From NCBI GenBank assembly GCA_964487565.1, contig CAZARN010000001.1, forward strand, positions 93,536 to 157,535: 64,000 bases of DNA, given 5' to 3'. The translations under genes were made by a program, and so were the position numbers. Below are positions 1-9,076 of this stretch, piece after piece; position 1 is the first letter of the stretch, and every line of letters begins with the position of its first letter. The notes under the pieces were generated by a model. It was not told the DNA's origin and ran no database searches. It saw nothing but the letters and a program-made list of their open reading frames with translations. This stretch comes from an uncultured Clostridium sp. (GTDB lineage Bacteria; Bacillota; Clostridia; Christensenellales; CAG-138).

Positions 1-436
1 TATCATTCGTATAACGGCTCATTATCTCGCCGTGCGTGCGGCGGTCAAAATAGCTTATCGGAAGCTTCTGCATGTGGGTGAACATCTCAGCGCGCACGCG
101 AAGAAGCGTGCCTGTGGATACGTTTATCATCAGGCGCTGATATATATAGCCTCCGAGTATGCCGACGGTATATATCGAAGCCATTATGAGGAGCTGACCC
201 ACAAGACCCGTGAAGTCAGGGTTCTCGTTGCCGATCCATGGCACGATATAGTCGTTTATGACGGGCTTGAGCATGTATGTTCCCGCGATGTTCGCGCCCG
301 CGCTCACGATTATGCCGATGGTGATTATCACGAGCTGGAAGGTATACGGTTTAAGATAGCCAAATATGCGGGCTATCGTCTTTTTTGCGTTTTTAGGCTT
401 CGCAAAGCCGCGCATTGAGCGTCCCGGTCCCGGCAT
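1..436 (-). CDS. ABC transporter permease/ATP-binding protein, N-terminal part. The CDS is partial and continues beyond the window start.
   Basis: The minus-strand translation from the ATG at 436 reads MPGPGRSMRGFAKPKNAKKTIARIFGYLKPYTFQLVIITIGIIVSAG..., which is a typical N-terminal TM region of a type-I ABC exporter. The start codon directly abuts the stop of the upstream ABC gene (TAAATG), and a GGGGGTGG Shine-Dalgarno-like sequence lies 5 nt upstream. This CDS is absent from the ORF track because it has no in-window stop codon. The + strand ORF 32..418 is its antisense. Confidence 0.6.
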   Translation of the reverse strand, partial: MPGPGRSMRGFAKPKNAKKTIARIFGYLKPYTFQLVIITIGIIVSAGANIAGTYMLKPVINDYIVPWIGNENPDFTGLVGQLLIMASIYTVGILGGYIYQRLMINVSTGTLLRVRAEMFTHMQKLPISYFDRRTHGEIMSRYTND

Positions 437-2164
437 TTACGCCACCCCCTTTTGCTGCGATTCGTATACCTCACGGTATATTTCGCTGCGCTGCATGAGC
501 TCGTCGTGCGTGCCCACGTCTGAGATCTTACCGTCGTCCATGACGATTATCCTGTCCGCGTCCATAACGCTTGTGATCCTCTGCGCGATGATGAACGTCG
601 TCGTGCCGCGAAGCTCCTCGCGCATGGCGCGTCTTATGGCGGCGTCGGTCGCCGTGTCAACGGCGCTTGTGGAATCGTCAAGGATGATGACTTTCGGCTT
701 TTTCAAAAGGGCGCGCGCTATGCACAGCCTCTGTTTCTGACCGCCGGAAACATTCACGCCCCCCTGTCCGAGATCCGTGTCGTATCCTGCGGGGAAGCTT
801 TCGATGAAAGTGTCCGCGGCCGCGGCGCGGCAGGCAGCTTTGATCGTTTCGTCGTCCGCGTTCGGATCGCCCCAGCGCAGATTCTCCTTTATCGTGCCTG
901 AGAACAGCACGTTCTTTTGCAGCACCATTGAAACGCTGTCGCGCAGCGTGTCGATCTTGTATTCGCGCACGTCGCGTCCGCCCACCCTGACGCTGCCGGA
1001 ATACACGTCATAAAGCCTCGGGATGAGCTGAACAAGGCTGGTTTTTGCGCTGCCTGTGCCGCCGATGACGCCGATCGTTTCACCGGCGCGCACGGAAAGA
1101 TTGATGTGCTCAAGGGTGAGATTGTCGCCGTTATTGGAATAGCTGAAGCAAACATCGTCAAAAACTACGCTGCCGTCGGGCACTGAGACGTCTTCGGTCA
1201 CATTGTCGTCCCTTATCGAAGGCTCCTCGTCGAGGACTTCGATGATGCGCTTCGCGCTCGCATAGGTCATCACCATCATCACCATCATCATGCTCATCAT
1301 CATGAGGGAGGAAAGGATCTGCCCGATATAGCTGATGAAGCTCATCAGATCGCCCGTCTGCATCGCTCCGGAAACGATCCTGACGCCGCCGAGATAGCAC
1401 ACGGCGACCATGACCATATACACGATATACTGCGCGATCGGGAAGTTGAGCACGAGCAGCTTTTCGGCCTTGATCTGCGCGTTGCGCACATCCTCCGAAG
1501 CTTTGACGAATCGCTCGTCCTCAAACTCTCCGCGTACGAACGCCTTCACAACGCGAATGCCGATCAGGTTCTCCTGAACGGAGGCGTTCATGGAGTCGAA
1601 CTTTTTGAGCATCGCGCGGAAACGCGGATAAGTGTGTGAAACGATGAACGCGAGCGATACTGCAAGCACCGGCAATGCCACCGCAAACACCACCGCAAGA
1701 TCCCCGCCGATGCGTATGGCCATGAACAGCGCCGCAATGAGCATTATGGGCGCGCGCACGAGCGTGCGGATTATCATCATGAACGCCTGCTGTACGTTGT
1801 TCACATCGGTGGTGAGCCGCGTTATGAGCGAAGCGGTTGAAAAATGATCCACATTGGAAAATGAAAAGCTCTGCACCCTGTCAAACAGCGCTTTTCTGAG
1901 GTTCTTTGAATAACCCGCGCTGGCAACGCTTGCAAAGCGGGCGCTGAGCGAACCCATCAAAAGCGAAATAAGGGCCACGCCGATCATGGTAAGGCCGCGC
2001 TTAATGATGAAGCCGACGTCCCCTGTCGCAATGCCGACGTCAATTATATCGGCCATAAGATAGGGAATGTACACCTCGCAAAGCACCTCGAGCACCACCG
2101 TTATCGACGCAAGCGCCGAACGCAGGCCATATCCCTTTGCGAACGGGATAAGTTTTTTCAGCAT
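437..2164 (-). CDS. ABC transporter ATP-binding/permease protein (MsbA-like exporter half-transporter)
   Basis: The 575-aa product has an N-terminal six-TM domain and a C-terminal nucleotide-binding domain with a Walker A motif (GGTGSAKTS), the ABC signature (LSGGQKQRLCIARALL) and a Walker B motif (VIILDDSTSAVD). Confidence 0.85.
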   Translation of the reverse strand: MLKKLIPFAKGYGLRSALASITVVLEVLCEVYIPYLMADIIDVGIATGDVGFIIKRGLTMIGVALISLLMGSLSARFASVASAGYSKNLRKALFDRVQSFSFSNVDHFSTASLITRLTTDVNNVQQAFMMIIRTLVRAPIMLIAALFMAIRIGGDLAVVFAVALPVLAVSLAFIVSHTYPRFRAMLKKFDSMNASVQENLIGIRVVKAFVRGEFEDERFVKASEDVRNAQIKAEKLLVLNFPIAQYIVYMVMVAVCYLGGVRIVSGAMQTGDLMSFISYIGQILSSLMMMSMMMVMMVMTYASAKRIIEVLDEEPSIRDDNVTEDVSVPDGSVVFDDVCFSYSNNGDNLTLEHINLSVRAGETIGVIGGTGSAKTSLVQLIPRLYDVYSGSVRVGGRDVREYKIDTLRDSVSMVLQKNVLFSGTIKENLRWGDPNADDETIKAACRAAAADTFIESFPAGYDTDLGQGGVNVSGGQKQRLCIARALLKKPKVIILDDSTSAVDTATDAAIRRAMREELRGTTTFIIAQRITSVMDADRIIVMDDGKISDVGTHDELMQRSEIYREVYESQQKGVA

Positions 2165-2646
2165 TCTCTGTCTCCTCCCATTTCCTCAAGCTGCCGCATG
2201 ATCTCTCCCATGCAGCGGTCGGCGCCCCCCTCGGCGACATTGTTCATCATACGCTGGAGCATCGAATAGAACGACTCAAGCTCTTCCTCGCTGAAACCTT
2301 CGAAGGTCTTTGCGTCGATCTCGCGGAAAACGCTCAGAAAGTCCTCAAGCGCGCGCCGCCCCTTGGGGGTTATGCTCAGCCTGTTGCAGCGCATGTCAAG
2401 CTCGTCGCTGCGGCGCTCGATCAGGCCGGCCGCGCACATGCGCTTGGCTGAAAGCGCCACGCTTGCAGGCGACACGCCGAGATGATCGGCCGCGTCCGTC
2501 TGCGTGCAGCCTTCGTTATCCTGTATGTATCCGAGTATCGGCACCTGCCCGCGGTGCATCTCGACGCCTTTCGACTGACCGCGAATATAGATCCTGCGAA
2601 GAAGCTCGAGCTTGTGCATGCCGCCGATGAGCAATCTGTAATCCAT
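2158..2646 (-). CDS. MarR family transcriptional regulator
   Basis: The 162-aa product has a winged-HTH region (...DAADHLGVSPASVALSAKRMCAAGLIERRSDELDMRCNRLSITPKGRRAL...). It overlaps the downstream ABC gene by 7 nt, so the two are probably in one operon. Confidence 0.75.
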   Translation of the reverse strand: MDYRLLIGGMHKLELLRRIYIRGQSKGVEMHRGQVPILGYIQDNEGCTQTDAADHLGVSPASVALSAKRMCAAGLIERRSDELDMRCNRLSITPKGRRALEDFLSVFREIDAKTFEGFSEEELESFYSMLQRMMNNVAEGGADRCMGEIMRQLEEMGGDREC

Positions 2647-2906
2647 GTCTTTCTCCTCCCCTCCGCCCCGCAGGACGGAAAATCAACCGGTTGAATGTTA
2701 AACGCTTGAGGGATATTTTAAGGTATTGCGATACACAATGTCAATACCATTTTGGTATGTATCACCAGGAGTTTACATATATCGCGCCGAATGTGTCAAA
2801 ATGCGCCAAAAGAAGCTATTTTAGAATCCTTTCGCCGCACATTATGCGGTGATATGCTTATGTCACAGACAAAAAACCCCATATAATGGGGATGAGGAGG
2901 TCACAA

Positions 2907-3713
2907 ATGACAAGATACAGGGTTCTTATGGCGGATGGCAACACTCAGTTTCAAAGTGCAATGAGGGATTACTTTGCCGCACAGGAACAGGTGGCCCGTT
3001 TTGACACGGCGGCAGACGGGCAGGCCGCGCTTGAAGCGCTGTCTTCGAGCAGCTATGACGTGCTTATAACGGAGCTTATAATGCCCCGCGCGGACGGCTT
3101 CGAGCTGCTTGAGCGCATCAACGCCGGTCTTGTCGAAAGCGCGCCCGCCGTAATGGTGATAAGCGCGATGCGGCAGGAGGATATGGTGAGGCAGGCGTGT
3201 GCGCTGGGCGCGAAGTATTACATGGTCAAGCCCGCCGATCCGGAGGCCGCTTTCCGCCGTATGCTCGATATGATGGACAACTCATATATGAACCGTTCCC
3301 AGCTTTGCATGAGCGCCGCCCAGCCCCGTTCCCTTGATGAAAAGATAACCTCGGTTTTTCTTGTGATCGGCATACCGGCGCATATAAAGGGCTATCATTA
3401 TCTGCGTGAGGCGATACGCATGGTGTATTTTCAGCCGGAGCTGATCAACCGCATAACAAAAGAGCTTTATCCCGGCATCGCCAAGCGCTTTTCGACCTCA
3501 GCTTCCAAGGTCGAGCGCGCGATACGCCATTCTATAGAGGTCGCATGGACGCGCGGCAAGATAGAAAACATCAACCAGCTTTTCGGTTACAACATATATA
3601 ATAAGAACGACAAGCCGACCAACGGCGAATTCATCGCCCTTGTGGCCGACAAGCTCATCATGGAGGACGCGCGTGAAAAAAGCCGTCATGACGACACGGA
3701 AAACGTTGGATGA
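2907..3713 (+). CDS. spo0A: Stage 0 sporulation response regulator Spo0A
   Basis: The product has an N-terminal receiver domain ([11 protein letters not shown]...[22 protein letters not shown]). The C-terminal Spo0A DNA-binding domain carries the hallmark motifs [15 protein letters not shown] and [18 protein letters not shown]...LFGY...[15 protein letters not shown]. The ATG at 2907 has a GAGGAGG Shine-Dalgarno sequence 7 nt upstream. The track ORF begins 21 nt earlier. Confidence 0.9.
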   Translation: MTRYRVLMADGNTQFQSAMRDYFAAQEQVARFDTAADGQAALEALSSSSYDVLITELIMPRADGFELLERINAGLVESAPAVMVISAMRQEDMVRQACALGAKYYMVKPADPEAAFRRMLDMMDNSYMNRSQLCMSAAQPRSLDEKITSVFLVIGIPAHIKGYHYLREAIRMVYFQPELINRITKELYPGIAKRFSTSASKVERAIRHSIEVAWTRGKIENINQLFGYNIYNKNDKPTNGEFIALVADKLIMEDAREKSRHDDTENVG

Positions 3714-3899
3714 CAGGCAGTCCGGCCGCCCGGCCGATGAATGAATTGCGTCACTATCTTTTCAGTATGAAGAAGACACGGGCAGGCGAACTGTATGCTG
3801 ATTATGCATTTTTTGAGGAATTTATACGCATGAACATGGACCCCGCCAACACGGGGTTCATGCTTTATTCACATTCGGCGGCGCCAAAATTGCCCTGAT

Positions 3900-3962
3900 T
3901 GTGGATAACCATGTGGGTAACGTGGGTAACTTCGGATGAATATCGTGGATAATTGAGTGAAT
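3900..3962. promoter_or_regulatory. Cluster of four same-orientation DnaA-box-like 9-mers downstream of spo0A
   Basis: TGTGGATAA at 3900..3908 is a perfect reverse complement of the DnaA box consensus TTATCCACA. TGTGGGTAA (3912..3920), CGTGGGTAA (3921..3929) and CGTGGATAA (3954..3962) each differ from it by 1–2 mismatches. The cluster lies in an intergenic region and is not near the dnaA/dnaN genes. Confidence 0.4.
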
Positions 3963-4087
3963 AGAAACAGATGCAAGACCGTAAAAGCCGGGACGGATAG
4001 TCCGCGCAAAAAATGCAGGAGCTGTTTTAAGCCCCTGCATAACGTGTAAACAATTACAACATTTTGACGGATTTGGTGCAAATTACG

Positions 4088-5311
4088 TCATATAACCTGA
4101 AAAATATAGAATTTCAGATAATCCGTTTCGGGGACATTCCACAGTATCGGATGGTCGGGCCCCTGACGGCGCGCCTCTATCTCGCGAAGCTGAACGTCCG
4201 CGTCCCGCGCGGCGCTTCTGAGCATATCCTCGAACAGTTCGCTTTCCATGAAATGCGAGCAGGAGCATGTGGCAAGATATCCTCCCCGGGGAAGCAGCTT
4301 CATCGCGCGATAGTTGATCTCCTTATAGCCGCGCTGCGCGCCCGCAACGGTCTTGCGGCTTTTTGTGAAGGCTGGCGGATCGAGTATAATGAGGTCGTAA
4401 GGCGAGGATTTACCCTCGCAAAGCCCGGTGAGAAGATCGAAAACATCCGCGCATATGAAATCCATTTTGTCCGTGGCATGGTTGAGCGCGGCGTTAGCGC
4501 GCGCGGCTTCAAGCGCTGTTTCGGATATGTCGACGGCCGTAACATGCGCCGCGCCGCCAGCTGCTGCGTTCAGGGCGAAGCTTCCCGTATGCGTGAAGCA
4601 GTCAAGCACGCGCCGACCGCCCGCTATGCGTGCAACCGCCTGCCTGTTGAATTTTTGATCGAGGAAAAAGCCGGTCTTCTGGCCGTTTTCAAAATCAACG
4701 TCATAATATATGCCGTTTTCGCATATGCGCGTCACCGTGGCGTCCGTGTGCGCAATGCCCTCGTACCAGCCCTTGTATTGCTCAAGCCCCTCAAGCGCGC
4801 GTATCGCGACGTCGTTCCTTTCGTATACGCCCGCGCATTTGAGGCCGCGCGCGTCAAGCTCCTTCACGAGGAGACGGTATATCATGTCTTTTATCCTGTC
4901 CATGCCGAAGGAGAGCACCTGCGCGACGAGTATGTCCGAAAATCTGTCCACGGTGAGGCCGGGCATGGCGTCCGCCTCGCCGAAAATGAGGCGGCAGCAG
5001 GAGAGATCATTCTGCATCACGGTCACGCGATAATCCAGGGCATACTTTATGCGCCGCGCAAAGAACGCCTCGTCAAAGCGGTCGTTTGCGTTTGATGAGA
5101 GCAGACGAACCGAAATTTTGCTTTTTTCGCTGTAAAAACCCGTGCCGAGATATGTTCCTTTCTGGGAGAGCACATCCGTCAACGCTCCGTTTTCAAGCCC
5201 CGCGGGCGGCGTTGCGATATCGGTTGCGTATACCCAAGGATGCGGAGTGCGTATCCACCTTTCTCCTTTTGGTGTGACCGTCACAGACGGGAACGGGCGC
5301 GGTTTATTCAT
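4088..5311 (-). CDS. Class I SAM-dependent rRNA methyltransferase (RlmI/YwbD-like, with a PUA-like N-terminus)
   Basis: The 407-aa product has an N-terminus (MNKPRPFPSVTVTPKGERWIRTPHPWVYATDI) typical of RlmI-family 23S rRNA m5C methyltransferases. A Rossmann SAM-binding core follows (VLDCFTHTGSFALNAA...DISETALEAARANAALN...ILDPPAF). Confidence 0.7.
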   Translation of the reverse strand: MNKPRPFPSVTVTPKGERWIRTPHPWVYATDIATPPAGLENGALTDVLSQKGTYLGTGFYSEKSKISVRLLSSNANDRFDEAFFARRIKYALDYRVTVMQNDLSCCRLIFGEADAMPGLTVDRFSDILVAQVLSFGMDRIKDMIYRLLVKELDARGLKCAGVYERNDVAIRALEGLEQYKGWYEGIAHTDATVTRICENGIYYDVDFENGQKTGFFLDQKFNRQAVARIAGGRRVLDCFTHTGSFALNAAAGGAAHVTAVDISETALEAARANAALNHATDKMDFICADVFDLLTGLCEGKSSPYDLIILDPPAFTKSRKTVAGAQRGYKEINYRAMKLLPRGGYLATCSCSHFMESELFEDMLRSAARDADVQLREIEARRQGPDHPILWNVPETDYLKFYIFQVI

Positions 5312-5416
5312 ATGCGAACACCTTCCTTATCAAATACGGTAATGATTATAGCATGACCGGAAAACAGCGTAAAGCGGAGGCTTGAAAGCGCGTTTTCCGC
5401 ATATTCCTGAAACGGG

Positions 5417-5893
5417 GTGATATTAATGAAAAAACTCAATTGGAAAGCGCTTCTGATAAGTCTTGCGATAAGCCTTGGCACGGGCGGCGCGGCGGCGCTT
5501 TTGACGTCGGACGCGATGCGGCGCTTCGGGGAGCTCAACAAACCGCCGCTTCCCACGCCCGGATGGCTTTTCCCGGTCGTATGGACGGCGCTTTTCACAC
5601 TCATGGGCATTTCGGCGTATCTTGTTTATAAGTCATACGATGCGCGCAAACGCGGCGCGCTTGCGGTGTACGGCGTACAGCTCGCGCTTAACTTTATCCG
5701 GACGATACTGTTTTTCGGCTTTTCGGCGTATTACGCGGCGTTCGTGTGCCTTATGCTGTTGATAGGATCGATAGCGTGGATGATCGCGGCGTTTTATCCT
5801 GTCAGCAAAGCCGCGGCGCTTTTACAGCTGCCCTGTCTTGTCTGGGCGTTTTTTGCGGGTTATCTGAATCTTGCGATAGCGCTTTTGAACTGA
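5417..5893 (+). CDS. tspO: TspO/MBR family (tryptophan-rich sensory protein) membrane protein
   Basis: The 158-aa product has five predicted TM segments and Trp-rich motifs (PPLPTPGWLFPVVWTALFTLMG). Confidence 0.75.
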   Translation: MILMKKLNWKALLISLAISLGTGGAAALLTSDAMRRFGELNKPPLPTPGWLFPVVWTALFTLMGISAYLVYKSYDARKRGALAVYGVQLALNFIRTILFFGFSAYYAAFVCLMLLIGSIAWMIAAFYPVSKAAALLQLPCLVWAFFAGYLNLAIALLN

Positions 5894-5903
5894 GAGTTAA
5901 AAA

Positions 5904-5940
5904 GCGCGCGGCCTTGTTTTGACCGCGCGCCCGTATTTTT
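5904..5940. terminator. Bidirectional rho-independent terminator between the convergent tspO and divIC-like genes
   Basis: The hairpin has a GC-rich stem (GCGCGCGG...CCGCGCGC) and is flanked by AAAA on one side and TTTTTGCGTTTT on the other. Confidence 0.5.
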
Positions 5941-5945
5941 GCGTT

Positions 5946-6263
5946 TTATCTGTCGATATTGAATTTTATGTCGCCCGGCAGCACGAGGCCCAGCTTTTCG
6001 CGCGCATACTGGATGCGGTATTCGTCGCTCTTGGCGTATTCGATCATGTATTCAAGCCGCTGTTCCTCCGCCTGAAGGGCGTCGTAGCTCGTTTGCAGCT
6101 CCGCTTCCTTCGCGCGGACCTCGGCGAGCTTGCTTTCCTGTGAAACATAAACCGCGGCAGCAAAAATGAGGCACACGAGCGTGACGAGTGCAAGAAAACG
6201 CGGAGTGGCTTTGAATTTGCGTTTATTCGTCATGACGCCTCCGGCAGCTTGTGGAAAATGCAC
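5946..6263 (-). CDS. Septum formation initiator family protein (FtsB/DivIC-like)
   Basis: The 105-aa product has a single N-terminal TM segment followed by a coiled coil (KLAEVRAKEAELQTSYDALQAEEQRLEY). Confidence 0.55.
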   Translation of the reverse strand: MHFPQAAGGVMTNKRKFKATPRFLALVTLVCLIFAAAVYVSQESKLAEVRAKEAELQTSYDALQAEEQRLEYMIEYAKSDEYRIQYAREKLGLVLPGDIKFNIDR

Positions 6264-6333
6264 TTACAGTTACTATATTTATAGCGCAAATTCAACAGGA
6301 TTACAAGCATATATTTATACGCTGCCCGCCGTT

Positions 6334-6945
6334 TCAGCGGTTTTTGTCAAGATAAGCCTCGAGCTTCTTTTTTATGCGCTGAAGCGCATTGTCGACGGTT
6401 TTGGTGCCGCGGCCGAGCTTTTGCGAGATCTCCTGATATGAAAGCCCGGAAAGAAAAAGATCGAGCACCTGACGCTCCAGAGGCGTGAGCATACCGCGGA
6501 GCATATCCTCAACGCCTTCGTATGATTCGCGCGAGATGAGCATATCTTCCGGATTATCAACGCGCGAGGAGGCGATGGTATCCACGAGCGGCCGCTCGTC
6601 CGGCTCATCCTCGCTGCGATAGATGGAAACATAGGTGTTGAGGGGGCCGTGCTTTTTGCGCGCAGCCCGCTTTATGGCGGTGATTATCTGGCGATGGATG
6701 CACATGTCCGCGAACGAACGGAAGCTTGCTTCATGGCTTTGGGAATAATCGCGGATGGCCTTGAAAAGCCCGATCATCCCCTCCTGTATGAGATCCTCCC
6801 TGTCCGCGCCCATGAGAAAATACGGCCGCGTCTTGAGACGCACCGTATTTTTGTATCGCTCGATCAGTTCCTCGTCCGCAAGCTCGTCGCCTGCATGCGA
6901 GCGGGCAACAAGCTCTTCATCGGAGAGGACCGTGAGATCCGTCAT
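6334..6945 (-). CDS. sigH: RNA polymerase sporulation sigma factor SigH
   Basis: The 203-aa product has sigma-70 regions 2 and 4 (YKNTVRLKTRPYFLMGADREDLIQEGMIGLFKAIRDY...LSYQEISQKLGRGTKTVDNALQRIKKKL). It occupies the position at the end of an mrnC-rlmB-sigH-type operon that is conserved in Firmicutes. It overlaps rlmB by 4 nt (ATGA). Confidence 0.85.
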   Translation of the reverse strand: MTDLTVLSDEELVARSHAGDELADEELIERYKNTVRLKTRPYFLMGADREDLIQEGMIGLFKAIRDYSQSHEASFRSFADMCIHRQIITAIKRAARKKHGPLNTYVSIYRSEDEPDERPLVDTIASSRVDNPEDMLISRESYEGVEDMLRGMLTPLERQVLDLFLSGLSYQEISQKLGRGTKTVDNALQRIKKKLEAYLDKNR

Positions 6946-8303
6946 TTTGCCGTACCGTCCTGACGGCGCTTCTCAAACATGAGTATGGCCGCCGCGACGG
7001 AAGCGTTGAGGGAGTCTATCTTGCCCGTGATGGGTATGGAGACGAGGAAGTCGCACTTTTCCTTTATCAGGCGGGAAATGCCCTCGCCCTCGCTTCCGAT
7101 GACGAGCGCAAGCGCGCCCTCCATCCTCGCACGGCCCATGGGCATGCCCTGCATATCCGCGCCCGCGATCCAAAGCCCCTCGTCCTTGAGCCTGTCGATT
7201 GCGCCGGCAAGGTTTGCGACGCGCGCGACGCGGCAGTATTCCACGGCGCCGGCGCTTGCCTTGCACGCGGCCGAAGTGACCGATACGGCGCGGCGCTTGG
7301 GTATCACGATACCGTGCGCCCCGGCACAGACTGCGCTGCGAATGATGGAGCCGAGATTGTGCGGATCCTCTATGCCGTCAAGAAGAATGATGAACGGCTT
7401 CTCGCCCGCCGCCTTCGCGTCGTTGAGCATATCGGAAAGCTCGCAGTATTCAACGCCCGGCACCTGCGCGAGTATACCCTGATGGTTGCCGGTCTTTCCG
7501 CCGTGGCCGAAGGGCATGCACATCTCGTCGAGCTTGGACTTGTCCACCTCGTCGATGCGGATGTTCCTGTCGCGCGCAGAGGACATTATCTCGCGAAGCG
7601 AACCGTCAGGATCGCGTGAAACGAGGATCTTGTCTATGCTGCGACCGCTTTTGATCGCTTCGCGCACGGCGTTTCTGCCTATCACGAGATACGGAAGTTC
7701 ATCCTCGGGCGTGTTTGTGCGCTGAGCATCGTTAAGCTCGGGCTTCGCAGGCCTTGTTTCCGATTTACCGTAAATCGGTTTATTGTCATGGTCGTAAGGC
7801 TTTTTGCCTGATCTTTCCGTGGCGTTGACCGCGGAATTGTACTTGTCGCCGTATTTACGCGCTCCAGTGCTGTCGGCGTCGCTTTTTTTATAGCTTTTGC
7901 CATAGCTGCGGCCGTCTGTGCCGTAGGACTTGCCGTCCCTGGAATAGCCGCGGCCGTCTGTGCCGTAGGACTTGCCGTCCTTGGAATAGCTGCGGCTGTT
8001 GCCGCCGTAGGACTTGCCGTCCCCGGAATAGCTGCGGCCGTTGCCGCCGTAGGACTTGCCGTCCTTGGAATAGCCGCGGCCGTCCTTCGCGGAGGATTTG
8101 CCGTCGTTGAACACGGGCTCGCCGTTGCGGAAGGTAACAGGCGAACCCTCGCCCGAGGCGTTGCCGCGGCGTTCGCCGTTTGCGCCCGATCTGCCGCCGT
8201 ATGAGCCGCTGCTTTTACCGGCGGGGCGGGAATCACCCTTGTTGCCGTATGAGCTGTTCCTGCCGCCGTATGAGCCGCCGCTTTTGCCGTTTTCTTTATA
8301 CAT
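6942..8303 (-). CDS. rlmB: 23S rRNA (guanosine-2'-O)-methyltransferase RlmB/YacO (SpoU/TrmH family) with an approximately 200-aa low-complexity N-terminal extension
   Basis: The C-terminal 250 aa form a SpoU methylase domain (PYLVIGRNAVREAI...LDGIEDPHNLGSIIRSAVCAGAHGIVIPKRRA...ALVIGSEGEGISRLIKEKCDFLVSIPITGKIDSLNASVAAAILMFE). The N-terminal 200 aa are G/S/Y/R/K/D-rich tandem repeats such as GKSYGGNGRSYSGD. The start codon has an AAGGAGA Shine-Dalgarno sequence, so the extension is translated. Confidence 0.8.
   Translation of the reverse strand: MYKENGKSGGSYGGRNSSYGNKGDSRPAGKSSGSYGGRSGANGERRGNASGEGSPVTFRNGEPVFNDGKSSAKDGRGYSKDGKSYGGNGRSYSGDGKSYGGNSRSYSKDGKSYGTDGRGYSRDGKSYGTDGRSYGKSYKKSDADSTGARKYGDKYNSAVNATERSGKKPYDHDNKPIYGKSETRPAKPELNDAQRTNTPEDELPYLVIGRNAVREAIKSGRSIDKILVSRDPDGSLREIMSSARDRNIRIDEVDKSKLDEMCMPFGHGGKTGNHQGILAQVPGVEYCELSDMLNDAKAAGEKPFIILLDGIEDPHNLGSIIRSAVCAGAHGIVIPKRRAVSVTSAACKASAGAVEYCRVARVANLAGAIDRLKDEGLWIAGADMQGMPMGRARMEGALALVIGSEGEGISRLIKEKCDFLVSIPITGKIDSLNASVAAAILMFEKRRQDGTAK
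7890..8090. repeat. Tandem 42-nt repeats with at least 4 copies, encoding the [GKSYG(G/T)(N/D)GRSYS(G/K)D] peptide repeats of the RlmB N-terminus
   Basis: Copies beginning at about 7920, 7962, 8004 and 8046 share the unit gccgtaggacttgccgtccNtggaatagcNgcggcNgt. More degenerate copies lie on either side. Confidence 0.6.
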
Positions 8304-8305
8304 GT

Positions 8306-9076
8306 TTATCTCCTTATCAGCCGCTTTGCGGCGGAAGTTATCGTTTCATCAGATGCGCCGTCGAGCGCCATCGCGCGGAATTCCTCAAGATATTTGAGAC
8401 TGTCGCCGGGACGGCCGCAGCTCATTTTGCCCTCGCCGCACACGCCTGATACGCAGCCGGGACCGGCTTTTGCAAAAAGGTGCGGCGCCTCGCGCATACA
8501 GATGCCGAGCATGGCCCACGCAAGCGTCCGGATCTCCCATTGGGCGCGTGCGCAGCAGCGCAGCTCGAAAAAGTGCAGAAGCTCCCGGGCGTTCATCGTG
8601 AACACCATGCGCGTTTCGGCCGCGTTTGGAAGCACGAAGCGCGCGTCCTCGGGCGCGATACCGAAGGAGAGCAGCTCACGGTAGTATGCCTCGATATCCT
8701 CCATCATATCTTTGTAGCGCTGGAGCTTGTCCGCGTCGAGCGCCGCTATGGAGGGCGGTATTATATAGTTTGCCCCGTCCTGCTTGACATATCGCTGGCT
8801 TTGCACGGAGAAGCTCGCGATCCTGTGCCGGGTGATCTGCGCGAGCAGCGCGCGCGAAACACCCTGCGCGCCGAAGGTGAAAGAGGCGTGTTCGAGCGGG
8901 GAAAGATGACCGAGGGCCGTCAGCTGCCCGATAAACTGCGGCGCGCGCTCGCGCACCGCCTCGCTGAGGGAAAGTATGTCGCTGTCGCTGTAACAAAGCC
9001 TGCCGGCGAGCGCAATGGTCTCTTCAGGCTCCGGCGTGTGGGAAAGGAGCGACACGATGAATTGAGCTTCAGGCAT
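8306..9076 (-). CDS. thyX: FAD-dependent thymidylate synthase ThyX
   Basis: The 256-aa product carries the ThyX signature RHRxxSxxxQSxRY (ITRHRIASFSVQSQRYV). Confidence 0.8.
   Translation of the reverse strand: MPEAQFIVSLLSHTPEPEETIALAGRLCYSDSDILSLSEAVRERAPQFIGQLTALGHLSPLEHASFTFGAQGVSRALLAQITRHRIASFSVQSQRYVKQDGANYIIPPSIAALDADKLQRYKDMMEDIEAYYRELLSFGIAPEDARFVLPNAAETRMVFTMNARELLHFFELRCCARAQWEIRTLAWAMLGICMREAPHLFAKAGPGCVSGVCGEGKMSCGRPGDSLKYLEEFRAMALDGASDETITSAAKRLIRR

Noticed and set aside
32-418. A 128-aa plus-strand ORF at the window start
   Set aside because: It is antisense to a well-supported partial ABC transporter gene (1..436, minus strand), whose translation gives a canonical exporter TM domain.
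3710-3898. A 62-aa ORF that overlaps the spo0A stop codon by ATGA
   Set aside because: It has no Shine-Dalgarno sequence and no recognisable features. It is probably spurious in GC-rich DNA. The region is better explained as the 3'UTR plus the DnaA-box cluster.
6322-6345. A hairpin with T-tract (ccgccgtttcagcggttttt)
   Set aside because: It lies inside the sigH coding sequence on the opposite strand, and no plus-strand gene is upstream. It is probably fortuitous.
7682-8397. Alternative-frame ORFs in the RlmB repeat region (for example 7682..8236 on the minus strand, Ala/Thr/Pro-rich, and 8098..8397 on the plus strand)
   Set aside because: They are frame-shifted or antisense readings of the tandem repeat. 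The RlmB frame has the Shine-Dalgarno sequence and continues into the SpoU domain.
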